This document shows, in pieces, positions 1-8,930 of a DNA stretch of 64,000 nt. This DNA is from Dehalococcoidia bacterium (GTDB taxonomy: Bacteria; Chloroflexota; Dehalococcoidia; Lucifugimonadales; UBA3495), in the NCBI GenBank assembly GCA_965207585.1, contig CBDBMT010000002.1, forward strand, positions 81,740 through 145,739. Direction: 5' to 3'. Every line of letters starts with the position of its first letter. The stretch's first letter is position 1. The notes beneath the pieces were generated by a model. It had not been told where the DNA came from, made no database searches, and was given only the letters and a program-made list of their open reading frames with translations. Both the position numbers and the translations under genes were made by a program.

Positions 1-97
1 GACTCGTGGGGAAGCATAGTGGCATCCATTGGTCGCGGCTATTGAGGTCGGCTAACCCGCGTCAGTGGCACGAAGCGCCGTCATGTCATAGCCTCGG

Positions 98-1024
98 CTA
101 CCACGGGAAGAAACCATCGAAGGGCAGCGCCACCGCGAGGATCGTGAAGGCCAGCAGTTGAGTGGAAATGTATTTGTTGAACGCAAACGCCTTGCCCACC
201 ATGGCCGGCTGGCCGGACTTCACCAGGTTGTTTTCGTACACCAGCAGTATCACGGCCACCGCCCAACCGATGAAATAGAACACGTTCAGCTGCATCCAGA
301 CGCCCAGGACCAGCAGTGCGGCAGCCGCCAGGGTATGCAATACCCGCGTGGTGCGGATGGCGTTGCGAACCCCGAACCGCGAAGCGATGGAGTTAATCCG
401 GTTGGCGCGGTCAAAGTCAAAGTCCATGCTGCCGTAGATGGTTTCGAAGCCTCCGGCCCACATCATCACCGCGAAGGTGAGCAGCACCGGTTGCCACGTA
501 AGTTCGCCGGTAACACCGATCCACGCGCCGGACGGGGCGATGGAAAGAGCCAATCCCAGCATCAGGCTGCACAGCCACGTGAAGTACTTGGCGAAGGAAT
601 AGAGCACCACGTATGCGGCGGCCACCGGGGAAAGCATCAACGCCAGGGGATTCAGCTGCCAGGCGGCCACGAAAAAGACGGCAGCGCCGGCCCCGGCCAT
701 GGCTCCAATTTCCAGAGGCTTCAGGATACCAGCAGGGATGTGCCGGCCCGCCGTGCGTGGGTTGCGGGCATCCTCACGGGCGTTGATTATGCGGTTGGCG
801 GACATGCCCAGGGTCCGCACTCCCAGGAACGCCAGGGTGATCCAGATGAAAGCGTGCCAGCCCGGCCATCCGCTCCCGCCCGAAACGTGCGACGCCAGCA
901 CCATGCCGATGTAACCAAACGGCATGGCGAACAGCGACTCCGAGATGTTGATCGCGTTCAGGTAGTGTGGAACCTTGCCCACCACCACGCGGAAAGGGCC
1001 GGGGTGTGCCGGTGCGTTGTGCAT
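98..1024 (-). CDS. ubiA: UbiA-family aromatic prenyltransferase (4-hydroxybenzoate polyprenyltransferase-like), polytopic membrane protein
   Basis: ORF 98..1243 trimmed to the ATG at 1022-1024 (MHNAPAH...). Many hydrophobic helices. Prenyl-diphosphate motif ANRIINAREDARNPRTAGRHIPAG is typical of UbiA-type enzymes. A UbiD-family gene lies nearby. Confidence 0.8.
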   Translation of the reverse strand: MHNAPAHPGPFRVVVGKVPHYLNAINISESLFAMPFGYIGMVLASHVSGGSGWPGWHAFIWITLAFLGVRTLGMSANRIINAREDARNPRTAGRHIPAGILKPLEIGAMAGAGAAVFFVAAWQLNPLALMLSPVAAAYVVLYSFAKYFTWLCSLMLGLALSIAPSGAWIGVTGELTWQPVLLTFAVMMWAGGFETIYGSMDFDFDRANRINSIASRFGVRNAIRTTRVLHTLAAAALLVLGVWMQLNVFYFIGWAVAVILLVYENNLVKSGQPAMVGKAFAFNKYISTQLLAFTILAVALPFDGFFPW

Positions 1025-1069
1025 AACGTCATCATGGTAACATAGCCCCCTGATTATCAGAGATTGACG

Positions 1070-1270
1070 ATGCCCAAAGTGAGAGAAGCCATACGGATCG
1101 TCGAGCGAGACGGCTGGTGGCTTGACCGGATGAACGGCAGCCACCGCGTCTTCAAGCACCCTGTAAAACCCGGAACGGTGACTATTCCAGGCCACCCGAG
1201 TGACGATTTGAAGATAAAAACTTGGCGAAGCATCTTGCGGCAAGCTGGTCTTCAGGGGAGGAGACGATGA
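1070..1270 (+). CDS. hicA: HicA-family toxin (mRNA interferase, type II TA)
   Basis: MPKVREAIRIVERDGWWLDRMNGSHRVFKHP...TIPGHPSDDLKIKTWRSILRQAGL fits the HicA/YcfA pattern. Its stop overlaps the next ATG (ATGA at 1267-1270). Confidence 0.8.
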   Translation: MPKVREAIRIVERDGWWLDRMNGSHRVFKHPVKPGTVTIPGHPSDDLKIKTWRSILRQAGLQGRRR

Positions 1271-1614
1271 AATTGACCTACGCAGTGGTCTTTGAGCAAA
1301 CGCCTAACAACTACTGCGCTTACGTGCCAGACCTGCCCGGCTGTATCTCCACGCACAAAACTTGGGATGGCATCCAGGCAATGATCAAAGAGGCCATGGC
1401 CCTCCACATTGAGGTTTCGCACGAGTACGGCGACCCCATTCCGCCGCCGCAAATGTCCGTGGAACAGGCCCTTGAATACCACCGTTCACAGCCCAACGAC
1501 TACGGCGGGTACTTTCCTGCCCCCGAACCGGACGAAGACGACGAACCCGCCGCCGTTCTCGAGGTTGAGGTCGAGGTCAACCTGGAGACTGCGCCGACAG
1601 CAACCGCGGATTGA
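1267..1614 (+). CDS. hicB: HicB-family antitoxin
   Basis: MKLTYAVVFEQTPNNYCAYVPDLPGCISTHKTWDGIQAMIKEAMALHIE is the HicB/UPF0150 N-domain pattern. Acidic C-tail. Translationally coupled to hicA. Confidence 0.75.
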   Translation: MKLTYAVVFEQTPNNYCAYVPDLPGCISTHKTWDGIQAMIKEAMALHIEVSHEYGDPIPPPQMSVEQALEYHRSQPNDYGGYFPAPEPDEDDEPAAVLEVEVEVNLETAPTATAD

Positions 1615-1632
1615 TGCGCCCTTCTCGGAGCT

Positions 1633-3105
1633 TCAGTAACCGGGCGTCGGAATGATGTCGTCAAGCCCCAGATCGCTCCACCGCGCCGAGACCCGCTCAC
1701 GGATCTCCCGGCTCATTTCGATGTCCGGCGGCCACTCGCGATGGTAGCCTTCCTGCGGCCCCTTCCGGGTGGCGTCGATGCCGACCTTGCTGCCGAAACG
1801 CGGCGTCGGCGACGCTACGTCCAAGTCGTCGATGGGGCCATCGACCAGGACGAGATCGGTGGCAGGGTTGATGTTGTTGGCCACCCGCCATGCCACCTCC
1901 GAAGGGTTCTGCACGTCCACGAAGTCGTCCACGACCACGATCACCTTGGTCAGGCTGAGCAGTCCCAAACCCCACAGGCCGTACATCACCTTGCGAGCGT
2001 GTCCCGGGTACTCCTTCTTCATCGACACCAGCACCAGGTTATGGAAAATGCCTTCCGCGGGCATGTTGATATCGACGACTTCCGGCAGGATGAGACGAAT
2101 CAGCGGCAGGAACACGCGCTCGGTAACCTTGCCCATCCAGTAGTCCTCGGTGGGCGGGCGTCCCACGAAGGTGGTGGGGTAGATGGGATTGTGGCGGCGG
2201 GTGATGGTGGTCACGTGGAACACCGGGTAGGGCTCGGCCAGGGAGTAGTAGCCGGTGTGATCACCAAATGGTCCCTCGGTTCTCTCCTCGCCGGGAGTGA
2301 CGTACCCTTCCAGGACAATCTCGGCATGAGCCGGAACCCTCAGGTCCACTGACACCGCCTGGGCCAACTCGACCCCTTCATCGCGGATGAAGCCGACCAG
2401 CACCATCTCGTCGATGTCCGGCGGAAGAGGAGCTGACCCCGTCCAAATAGACGCCGGATCGCCGCCCAGCGCAACCGCCACCTCGAGTTTCTCCGCGCTG
2501 GCCCGGTAATGCCGTGCTCCCACCTTGTGGGTCTGCCAGTGCATGCCGGTGGTGTTCCGGTCGAACACCTGCATTCGATAGATGCCGTAGTTCTGCGTGC
2601 CGGTCCCGGGATCCTTGGTGATCACCAGCGGCAGGGTGATATACGGGCCGGCGTCCATCGGCCAGCACTTGATGATCGGCAGACTGTACAGGTCGACGTC
2701 CTCGCCGGAAAGCACGACCTGCTGGCAGGGCGGATTGCTGATGGTCTTGGGCTGGTAAGCCCCGACATGAACCAAACGTCCCAGGGTGCGCAGCTTGTTC
2801 AGCACTCCCTGGGGAGGGCCGCCCTGCACCATCTCGATCATGGCTTCAAGGCGGCCGGCGAGGCTGTCCGCGTTTTCGACCTCCAGCGCCCAGTTCATGC
2901 GCCGCTCGGAGCAGAACAGGTTGATGGCCACGGGCATGTCGTGGCCAACCACGTTCTCGAACAGTAGTGCAGGCCCGTCGGCTCGCAGAGAGCGATGGGC
3001 TATTTCAGTCATCTCGAGCTCCGTGCTTACCGGAGCGGAGATGCGCCGCAGGTCGCCTTTGCTTTCGAGAAAGGCGATAAACTCGCGAAGGTCCCGGTAT
3101 GGCAT
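1633..3105 (-). CDS. ubiD: UbiD-family (prenylated-FMN dependent) decarboxylase
   Basis: 490 aa. N-terminus MPYRDLREFIAFLESKGDLRRI and ...PLVITKDPGTGTQNYGIYRMQV...WQTHKVGARHY are hallmark UbiD-family stretches. Confidence 0.9.
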   Translation of the reverse strand: MPYRDLREFIAFLESKGDLRRISAPVSTELEMTEIAHRSLRADGPALLFENVVGHDMPVAINLFCSERRMNWALEVENADSLAGRLEAMIEMVQGGPPQGVLNKLRTLGRLVHVGAYQPKTISNPPCQQVVLSGEDVDLYSLPIIKCWPMDAGPYITLPLVITKDPGTGTQNYGIYRMQVFDRNTTGMHWQTHKVGARHYRASAEKLEVAVALGGDPASIWTGSAPLPPDIDEMVLVGFIRDEGVELAQAVSVDLRVPAHAEIVLEGYVTPGEERTEGPFGDHTGYYSLAEPYPVFHVTTITRRHNPIYPTTFVGRPPTEDYWMGKVTERVFLPLIRLILPEVVDINMPAEGIFHNLVLVSMKKEYPGHARKVMYGLWGLGLLSLTKVIVVVDDFVDVQNPSEVAWRVANNINPATDLVLVDGPIDDLDVASPTPRFGSKVGIDATRKGPQEGYHREWPPDIEMSREIRERVSARWSDLGLDDIIPTPGY

Positions 3106-3158
3106 GGCGGTCGCGTTGGCCTCAAGTCGGCAACGACACTGAGGCCAGGACGCCGGCC

Positions 3159-3476
3159 TCAGGAATTTCGCATTTGGCTAAAGCAATCGCTGCAATATAC
3201 CGGTCGGTCGCCGCGGGGGCGGAAGGGCACGGTTGCGTCGACGCCGCAGTTGCTGCAAACGATGGGGAAGCTTTCGCGCTGGCCTCCACCGAACCCGCCG
3301 CCGCCACCGCCGCCGAAGTTGTCACGGGGCTGGCCTCGCCGAGCGTTCCGGCACGAAACGCACCGTTTCGGATAGTTGGTGAAGCCGCGCGAGGCATAGA
3401 ATTCCTGCTCGCCTACGGTGAAGAGAAACTCGGCTCCGCAGTCGCTGCATTCAAGGGTCATGTCGGAAAGGGCCAC
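3159..3476 (-). CDS. Small zinc-ribbon protein (two CxxC...CxxC units joined by a poly-Gly linker; zf-trcl-like)
   Basis: GTG start at 3476 preceded by GGAGG. CSDCGAEFLFTVGEQEFYASRGFTNYPKRCVSCR, then GGGGGGGFGGG, then CSNCG...CSDCF. Confidence 0.6.
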   Translation of the reverse strand: MALSDMTLECSDCGAEFLFTVGEQEFYASRGFTNYPKRCVSCRNARRGQPRDNFGGGGGGGFGGGQRESFPIVCSNCGVDATVPFRPRGDRPVYCSDCFSQMRNS

Positions 3477-3701
3477 GGTTCATCCTCCGGCCTGGTTGGT
3501 AATCACGGTGCACACGCAAGGTCTGTTTCGTCGGGCACGGCGATTACAATACCCAAGGAAGGAGGACCGGCGCAATTTTGCTGCCATTACTATACTGGCA
3601 TCAACGGCGGCAAACAACGATTTTCACCGCCTGAATCGGAAAATCGCTGGTTTCGGCGCCGATGCCGAGCCCATTTTGGGAGCGCATCACCCAGTTCCAG
3701 T

Positions 3702-4136
3702 TTACGCGGGTTCTGCCACGAAAACGGGTATCGTCCTGGAAGTGCGCCCCTGGTATTCCTCGTAAGGAGGGAATGCCTCTACGGAAGCTGCCCACAGCCG
3801 GGCCCGTTCGTCCGGGTCGGTGACCTCGCGGACACGCATGGAATACACGTCCGTCTCGTCCTGGATTTCAACATCGGCGTCGGCGCGCAGGTTGTACACC
3901 CAAACGGGATTGCGCGGCGCGCCGCCCTGCGACCCCACCAGCACGTAAGCGTCGCCGACCTTCACGCGCATCAGCGGGGTTTTGCGGACCGCCCCGGTCT
4001 TGTTGCCGCGGTTGGTAACAATGATCACGGGCAAGCCCGTCTCACGCAGGGTGGTCCCCTCGGTGCCGCCGCTGCTTTCGTACAACTCCACCTGCTCTCG
4101 CACCCAATCCCGGGTCGACGGAATGTATTCGGCCAT
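3702..4136 (-). CDS. Deazaflavin (F420H2)-dependent nitroreductase/quinone reductase family protein (DDN-like, PF04075-type)
   Basis: 144 aa. ...VIIVTNRGNKTGAVRKTPLMRV...VLVGSQGGAPRNPVWVYNLRADADVEIQ...RTIPVFV matches the DDN split-barrel family pattern. Confidence 0.8.
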   Translation of the reverse strand: MAEYIPSTRDWVREQVELYESSGGTEGTTLRETGLPVIIVTNRGNKTGAVRKTPLMRVKVGDAYVLVGSQGGAPRNPVWVYNLRADADVEIQDETDVYSMRVREVTDPDERARLWAASVEAFPPYEEYQGRTSRTIPVFVAEPA

Positions 4137-4181
4137 AGTTCACTCGCTCCTTTCGGTCGATAGCGGACACCTTATCACACC

Positions 4182-4613
4182 TTACGTAAGCGTATTCCGC
4201 CAGAGCAGTCCCGGAAACCGCTGGTAATCCCTGCCATTGTTGGTATGTACCTCGGCGTCGATTTCTATGGCCAGGGCCGCGATGGTCGCGTCGGTGACCA
4301 GTCGCGTAGTGGCTCTCGTCGTGGCAAGGATTTGTTCAAGGATTTCCAGGTAACGCGGCCCAGGGTCGAGCGCCACGATGGAGCCACTGCTGAACCATTC
4401 CACCACCACTCCGGTTGCCCGGGCCGGAGTCCAGGGTCGCTCAACCACTCGGGGGTTTGCCATCTGCCTGACAAACCCGTTGGATACTTGCCACGGCATC
4501 CCGCCAATTTCCGTACCGTTGACCAGTTCTTCCCACCACGCTGCCGCTTCCCGATGCAATTCGCTCCCGTCGTTGTAGGCGAATATCAGAAGGTCAAGGT
4601 CCGGCACGATCAT
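4182..4613 (-). CDS. vapC: PIN-domain toxin (VapC-like)
   Basis: N-terminal acidic MIVPDLDLLIFAY and C-terminal TDATIAALAIEIDAEVHTNNGRDYQRF are PIN patterns. The ATG overlaps the stop of the upstream antitoxin (ATGA at 4610-4613). Confidence 0.75.
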   Translation of the reverse strand: MIVPDLDLLIFAYNDGSELHREAAAWWEELVNGTEIGGMPWQVSNGFVRQMANPRVVERPWTPARATGVVVEWFSSGSIVALDPGPRYLEILEQILATTRATTRLVTDATIAALAIEIDAEVHTNNGRDYQRFPGLLWRNTLT

Positions 4614-4879
4614 GGGGCAAGCTTCTCCAGAAATTCCTCGTCTTCCAGATCGCGGATAATGTCCTTGAGGTTGCCGGCGTCAACGCCCGGGGCAAGCCCG
4701 CTGTGATTGGGTACAACCCTGAACTTGGTTTTGCGTGCGGCCTGATCTGGCGAGTCCCGGCCGGGGGCATCGACCGTCTGGATAGTTAGCTTCATCAGGA
4801 TGCCTTCGGGAAGGTCCAGAGGCTCCAGCGGCGTAAGCACCCCATTGGTGAATCTGGCATTTACGGTCTTGCTCGCCAT
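4610..4879 (-). CDS. AF2212/DUF104-like antitoxin partner of VapC
   Basis: Trimmed to the ATG at 4879. MASKTVNARFTNGVLTPLEPLDLPEGILMKLTI is the DUF104-type antitoxin signature. Coupled to the PIN gene. Confidence 0.65.
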   Translation of the reverse strand: MASKTVNARFTNGVLTPLEPLDLPEGILMKLTIQTVDAPGRDSPDQAARKTKFRVVPNHSGLAPGVDAGNLKDIIRDLEDEEFLEKLAP

Positions 4880-5098
4880 CGTCGTCGCTCCTGATCCTGA
4901 GCATACCTCAACTGCCATTCTGCCACGGCCCCGCCCGCCGCTCAGCGTCGCCTCTGTTGCAATAGAGTTTCGCGATAAGTTTGGTGATGTTTACGGGGTT
5001 CCTCCGCCGTGGTACGGTCAACTCACATCGCAATGAGACCTCGTGGCATTTTCAAAATACTCTCCAACTAATACCAACGACTAGTCACGGAGGCAGCG

Positions 5099-6451
5099 AT
5101 GAAGGAAAAGGTGGGGGCCTTCTTGCTTATTGCGGTGATACTCGTCGTGGGGGGAGGGCTGGCGCGCGCCCTCGACGGCGATGATGATACTTTCCCAGAC
5201 CCTTTGCAGCCTGTGTGGGATGCAGCGGGCGAGGCTTGGGGTGCAATGGCCAGAGCTCGGCGGGGAAGGGAAATCGCCAACCGTCAGGAACAGTGCCGGG
5301 AACGCGAAGCTGAGGACTTGGGGCGAGACTGGGCTACTCTGAATGGTATCTACCACGCCATGGGCGGGCCGGAATGGACCTCAGCAGAAAATTGGTTGAG
5401 TGAAGCGCCTTCGTCCGCTTGGCATGGCGTCAAAGTGGGTGGTTGTGCAGGGCATTTGCCCGTCGGCGGAGTCGTTTCCCTCAACCTGGCGGAGAACAAC
5501 TTGACGGGAGAACTGCCGGCGGAGCTGGGAAACCTCATCCACCTTGTAGAGCTGAATCTCTCCCACAATAACCTGACCGGAGAAATACCTCCGGAACTGG
5601 CGAACCTTCAGGAATTCCTGGAAGAGCTAAATCTCTCCCACAATGACATGACCGGAGAAATACCCCCGGAACTCAGCGACCTCGACAACCTGCTGAGGGT
5701 GGACCTGTCCCACAATCGTTTGAGCGGGCGAATTCCTTCCGGGCTTACCCTCAGGTACAGCGGTGGCACCCTAGAGAGGAAGCACATCTTCCTCAACGAT
5801 AACCAATTGACCGGACCGCTACCGGCCAGCTTTGGACAGATAGATAACCTGGACTCTATACGCCTGGGCGGGACCAACCGGCTTTCCGGCTGTCTTCCCG
5901 ACACCTACTTGAGGCTCGGTTCGGGCTACGGGCTGCCCGACAACGATCTGGACGACCTGCGCCTGCCCCGCTGCCAGGTTGTCGAAGAGGCCGCTCTGAC
6001 TGCTCTCTACAATGCCACCGACGGCCCCAATTGGACCGACGATAGTAACTGGCTGGAAAAAGACCCATTTGGCCGCGGCAGGGATCATGATGACCCGTTC
6101 TCCTGGTGGCACGGAGTCACCACCGACCACAACACCGGTGTGGTGACTGGACTGTGGTTGCCGGATAACGGTCTGAAGGGACGACTGCCGCCTGAGCTGG
6201 GAGACTTGGTCTTCTTGGAGAGACTACGGCTCTCCGGGAACCAGTTGACCGGTGAAATTCCGCCGGAACTGGGCAACCTCACCAACCTGGAAACGTTGAA
6301 CCTTTCCAGCAACAATTTCACCGGGGAGATTCCGCCCGAACTGGGCAACCTGCCTGAGTCAACATCACTGTTCCTTAGTGAAAACCCCCAACTGACCGGG
6401 TGCATTCCCGAAGGGGTAGACGCTTACGTGGAGCACCTTGAACCTTGCTGA
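5099..6451 (+). CDS. Secreted or membrane-anchored leucine-rich repeat protein with plant-type 24-residue LRRs
   Basis: N-terminal hydrophobic helix. Repeated LxxLxLSxNxLTGEIPPELGNL units in two blocks, each preceded by a cap-like ...LYxAxxGPxWTxxxNWLxxxPxxxWHGV. Confidence 0.85.
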   Translation: MKEKVGAFLLIAVILVVGGGLARALDGDDDTFPDPLQPVWDAAGEAWGAMARARRGREIANRQEQCREREAEDLGRDWATLNGIYHAMGGPEWTSAENWLSEAPSSAWHGVKVGGCAGHLPVGGVVSLNLAENNLTGELPAELGNLIHLVELNLSHNNLTGEIPPELANLQEFLEELNLSHNDMTGEIPPELSDLDNLLRVDLSHNRLSGRIPSGLTLRYSGGTLERKHIFLNDNQLTGPLPASFGQIDNLDSIRLGGTNRLSGCLPDTYLRLGSGYGLPDNDLDDLRLPRCQVVEEAALTALYNATDGPNWTDDSNWLEKDPFGRGRDHDDPFSWWHGVTTDHNTGVVTGLWLPDNGLKGRLPPELGDLVFLERLRLSGNQLTGEIPPELGNLTNLETLNLSSNNFTGEIPPELGNLPESTSLFLSENPQLTGCIPEGVDAYVEHLEPC

Positions 6452-6974
6452 TGGAGGCGTGCTCAAGCAGCCTGCGGGACTGGCGTATGCTGGCGAGATT
6501 CGCGCCGTCGTGGCTCGTAGTCGGCGTGGGGGAAGGCTTTCGGAGCTTGTGATCTCTTCCAGGGCCTGCAAGGCCGTGACGACAGCGTTCGTCATCCCCC
6601 GCCACGCCAACTGCTTTGGCTACCAAGATACGGAAAAATCCGAAATCCCTTACACCCACCCGTTGACCCACTCCAAACGCCTGTTCTATCATGGTATCGT
6701 GCACATCAAAACCTAACCTTCACCGCCTGCCACGAGGTCAAATCACTACGGTCGTCAACGGCCACCAACCAGTCAGCAAATCCAAATTCGCAAGACCACG
6801 CCTGGACCGACCGGGCAACCTATGCGCGCTACCCACTGCGACGTGTACGGCTAACTACATGACCTGTGCGAACTCAACGGTGGCTGATCGTTCCTTGCGT
6901 AACAACCCCCGGCCGTGGGGCTGGCAACGACCAAAGTGAATTCCGGAAACCGACCTCAGGCAGGCTACCAACCA

Positions 6975-7160
6975 ACACCAACCAAAAGGAGGCCAACGCA
7001 AAATCCTGAATATCCTGTCCATCGATGTAATAGCTAAACCCCGCTCAACCAACTCTCCGACTCCCGCTCATCCTGAGCCTGTCGAAGGAAGGAGGCCAAC
7101 CACCACGAACACCCCAATCCTGACAATCCCATAATCCGGTAAATCCTGATTCTGACCAGA
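6975..7160. repeat. Cluster of short intergenic repeat motifs (aggaggccaac twice; aatcctga/atcctg runs; the FDRLRMSG-type element ctcatcctgagcctgtcgaagg)
   Basis: Seen directly. The 35-nt stretch 7000-7034 recurs at 43975-44010 with about 85 percent identity by eye. Confidence 0.55.
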
Positions 7161-7165
7161 CCCGT

Positions 7166-7171
7166 TATAAT
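7166..7171 (+). promoter_or_regulatory. Candidate -10 box (TATAAT) for the TPP-enzyme gene
   Basis: Perfect TATAAT 33 nt upstream of the ATG at 7204. GGAGG at 7188-7192. No convincing -35. Confidence 0.3.
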
Positions 7172-7203
7172 GCCTCTGCACTTTTCTGGAGGCTCAATCC
7201 AAC

Positions 7204-8847
7204 ATGGACGGCAAGACCGCATTCGCCAACATCCTGGCCCGTGAGGGCGTGGACGTCGTTTTCTGCTTTCCCAACAACATCCTGATCGACGCCTGCGCGG
7301 CGGCCGGCATACGGCCGATCATCTCCCGCATGGAGCGGACGGCGGTCAACATGGCCGACGCTTACAGCCGGGTCAACAACGGCAACAAGAACGGCGTGGT
7401 CCTCGTTCAGGGCGGTCCCGGTATTGAAAACGCCTTCTCCGGGGTCGCGCAGGCGTACGCCGACTCCTCGCCGCTGCTGATGGTGCCCAACCACCCGGGG
7501 ACGCGACGGCACGGAATGTCCTCCGACTTTGACGCCGCCCGGAACTACGAGGGCGTCACCAAGTGGGCCGGCTCGGCAAACCACACCGAACGCATACCGG
7601 AGTTGATGCGTCGCGCGTACACGCAGCTCCGCACCGGCCGGCCCAATCCGGTGCTGGTCGAAATGCCCAACGACGTCCTGGCCGGGGAGATCTCGGAGGA
7701 GCAGTTCCACTATCTGCCGCAGCAAAAACGACGATCGGCTGGCGACCCGCGCGATATTTCCCGGGTCGCCGAGTTGCTGGTGAACGCCCGCCGGCCCGTC
7801 ATCTACGCGGGTCAGGGTGTGCTCTACGCCGAGGCCACCTCGGAACTGGTGGAACTGGCCGAACTGCTGAACGCCCCCACCATGACCACCACGCTGGGCA
7901 AAAGCGGCTTCCCGGAAAACCACCCTCTCGCATTGGGCGCCGGCGGCAACACGGGCACCCGTATGGTCGGCGAGTTCCTGGCGAAGAGCGACGTGGTTTT
8001 CGGCATCGGGACCAGCTTCCAGAAAACCCTGGCGTCGGCGCCGGTTCCCTCCGGCAAGACCGTCATCCAGTCCACCGTCGACGAAAAGGACCTCAACGGC
8101 GAGTATCCGCTGGACGAGATCATCGTCGGCGACGCGAAGCTGGTTCTCGGCCAGCTGATCGAGGAAGTCAAGGATCGGCTGGGCGAAAACGGCCGGCGTG
8201 GCGACGAATCGGTAGTGGCCGAAATCCGGCAGGTGCGCCAGGAATGGCTGGCCGAGTGGATGCCCCGGCTCTCCAGCAACGACGTTCCCATCAGCCCGTA
8301 CCGCGTGGTTTACGAGCTGAACGCGCGGCTGGACAAGGCCAACAGCATCGTCACCCACGACTCCGGGAACCCACGGGACCAGATCGTGCCCTTCTACGCG
8401 GCCACCACTCCACGCGGGTACATCGGCTGGGGCAACTCCACCCAACTGGGCAGCGGTCTTGGATACGCCATGGGCGCAAAGGTGGCCTTCCCGGAGAAGA
8501 CCTGCGTCAACCTGATGGGCGACGTTGCGGTTGGCATGGCCGGCACGGACTTCGAGACGGCGGCGCGGGAAAAGCTGGGCATCATCACCGTCATCGTGAA
8601 CAACGGCGCCATGGGCGGGTACGAAAAGAACATTCCGGTCGCGACGGAGCGGTACGGCACCAAGTACGTCACCGGGGAATACGCCCGCATGGCTGAAGCC
8701 TTGGGCGCGTATGCCGAGCATGTGGTTGACCCCGACGAAGTCGGCCCTGCCATCGAAAGGGCGAAGGAAATCTCGTCGACCGGCCAGCCCTGCGTGCTGG
8801 AAATCATCACCCGCGAAGAGCCGGTGTTCTCGCAGTACTACCGCTGA
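7204..8847 (+). CDS. Thiamine-diphosphate-dependent enzyme (acetolactate synthase large-subunit / sulfoacetaldehyde acetyltransferase-like family)
   Basis: 547 aa. N-terminal TPP-pyrimidine domain ...MERTAVNMADAYSRV...GVVLVQGGPGIENAFSGVAQAY. C-terminal ...GDVAVGMAGTDFETAAREKLGIITVIVNNGAMGGY (GDG-x-NN-type PP-binding motif). Confidence 0.85.
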   Translation: MDGKTAFANILAREGVDVVFCFPNNILIDACAAAGIRPIISRMERTAVNMADAYSRVNNGNKNGVVLVQGGPGIENAFSGVAQAYADSSPLLMVPNHPGTRRHGMSSDFDAARNYEGVTKWAGSANHTERIPELMRRAYTQLRTGRPNPVLVEMPNDVLAGEISEEQFHYLPQQKRRSAGDPRDISRVAELLVNARRPVIYAGQGVLYAEATSELVELAELLNAPTMTTTLGKSGFPENHPLALGAGGNTGTRMVGEFLAKSDVVFGIGTSFQKTLASAPVPSGKTVIQSTVDEKDLNGEYPLDEIIVGDAKLVLGQLIEEVKDRLGENGRRGDESVVAEIRQVRQEWLAEWMPRLSSNDVPISPYRVVYELNARLDKANSIVTHDSGNPRDQIVPFYAATTPRGYIGWGNSTQLGSGLGYAMGAKVAFPEKTCVNLMGDVAVGMAGTDFETAAREKLGIITVIVNNGAMGGYEKNIPVATERYGTKYVTGEYARMAEALGAYAEHVVDPDEVGPAIERAKEISSTGQPCVLEIITREEPVFSQYYR

Positions 8848-8930
8848 ACGCCCGATTTGGATACGCGTCAGCCGGCTGGTTGCCGCTGCCTGCTCATCGA
8901 CAGCCCGTCCCGCCGACCTACCAGTCACCT

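Noticed and set aside
1-97. Possible 3' end of a minus-strand gene at the window edge
   Set aside because: Too short, and no recognisable reading frame or motif.
3555-3634. Plus-strand SD-like aaggaaggagga followed by an 18-codon TTG ORF (MLPLLYWHQRRQTTIFTA)
   Set aside because: Non-canonical start, tiny ORF, and no downstream plus-strand gene to regulate. More likely a chance purine run within the promoter region of the minus-strand zinc-ribbon gene.
5450-6400. Regularly spaced direct repeats, considered as a possible CRISPR or tandem repeat
   Set aside because: They are the 72-nt coding periodicity of the LRR units inside one long ORF, not a CRISPR array.
6365-6716. Short ORFs (81-109 aa, both strands) in the long non-coding gap
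   Set aside because: They overlap the LRR gene end or each other, have no RBS and have implausible composition. The region is left unannotated.
7165-8928. 587-aa minus-strand ORF covering the whole TPP-enzyme gene
   Set aside because: Antisense shadow ORF typical of GC-rich DNA. The product is Arg/Gly/Val/Ala-rich with no motif, while the plus-strand product has clear TPP-enzyme motifs.
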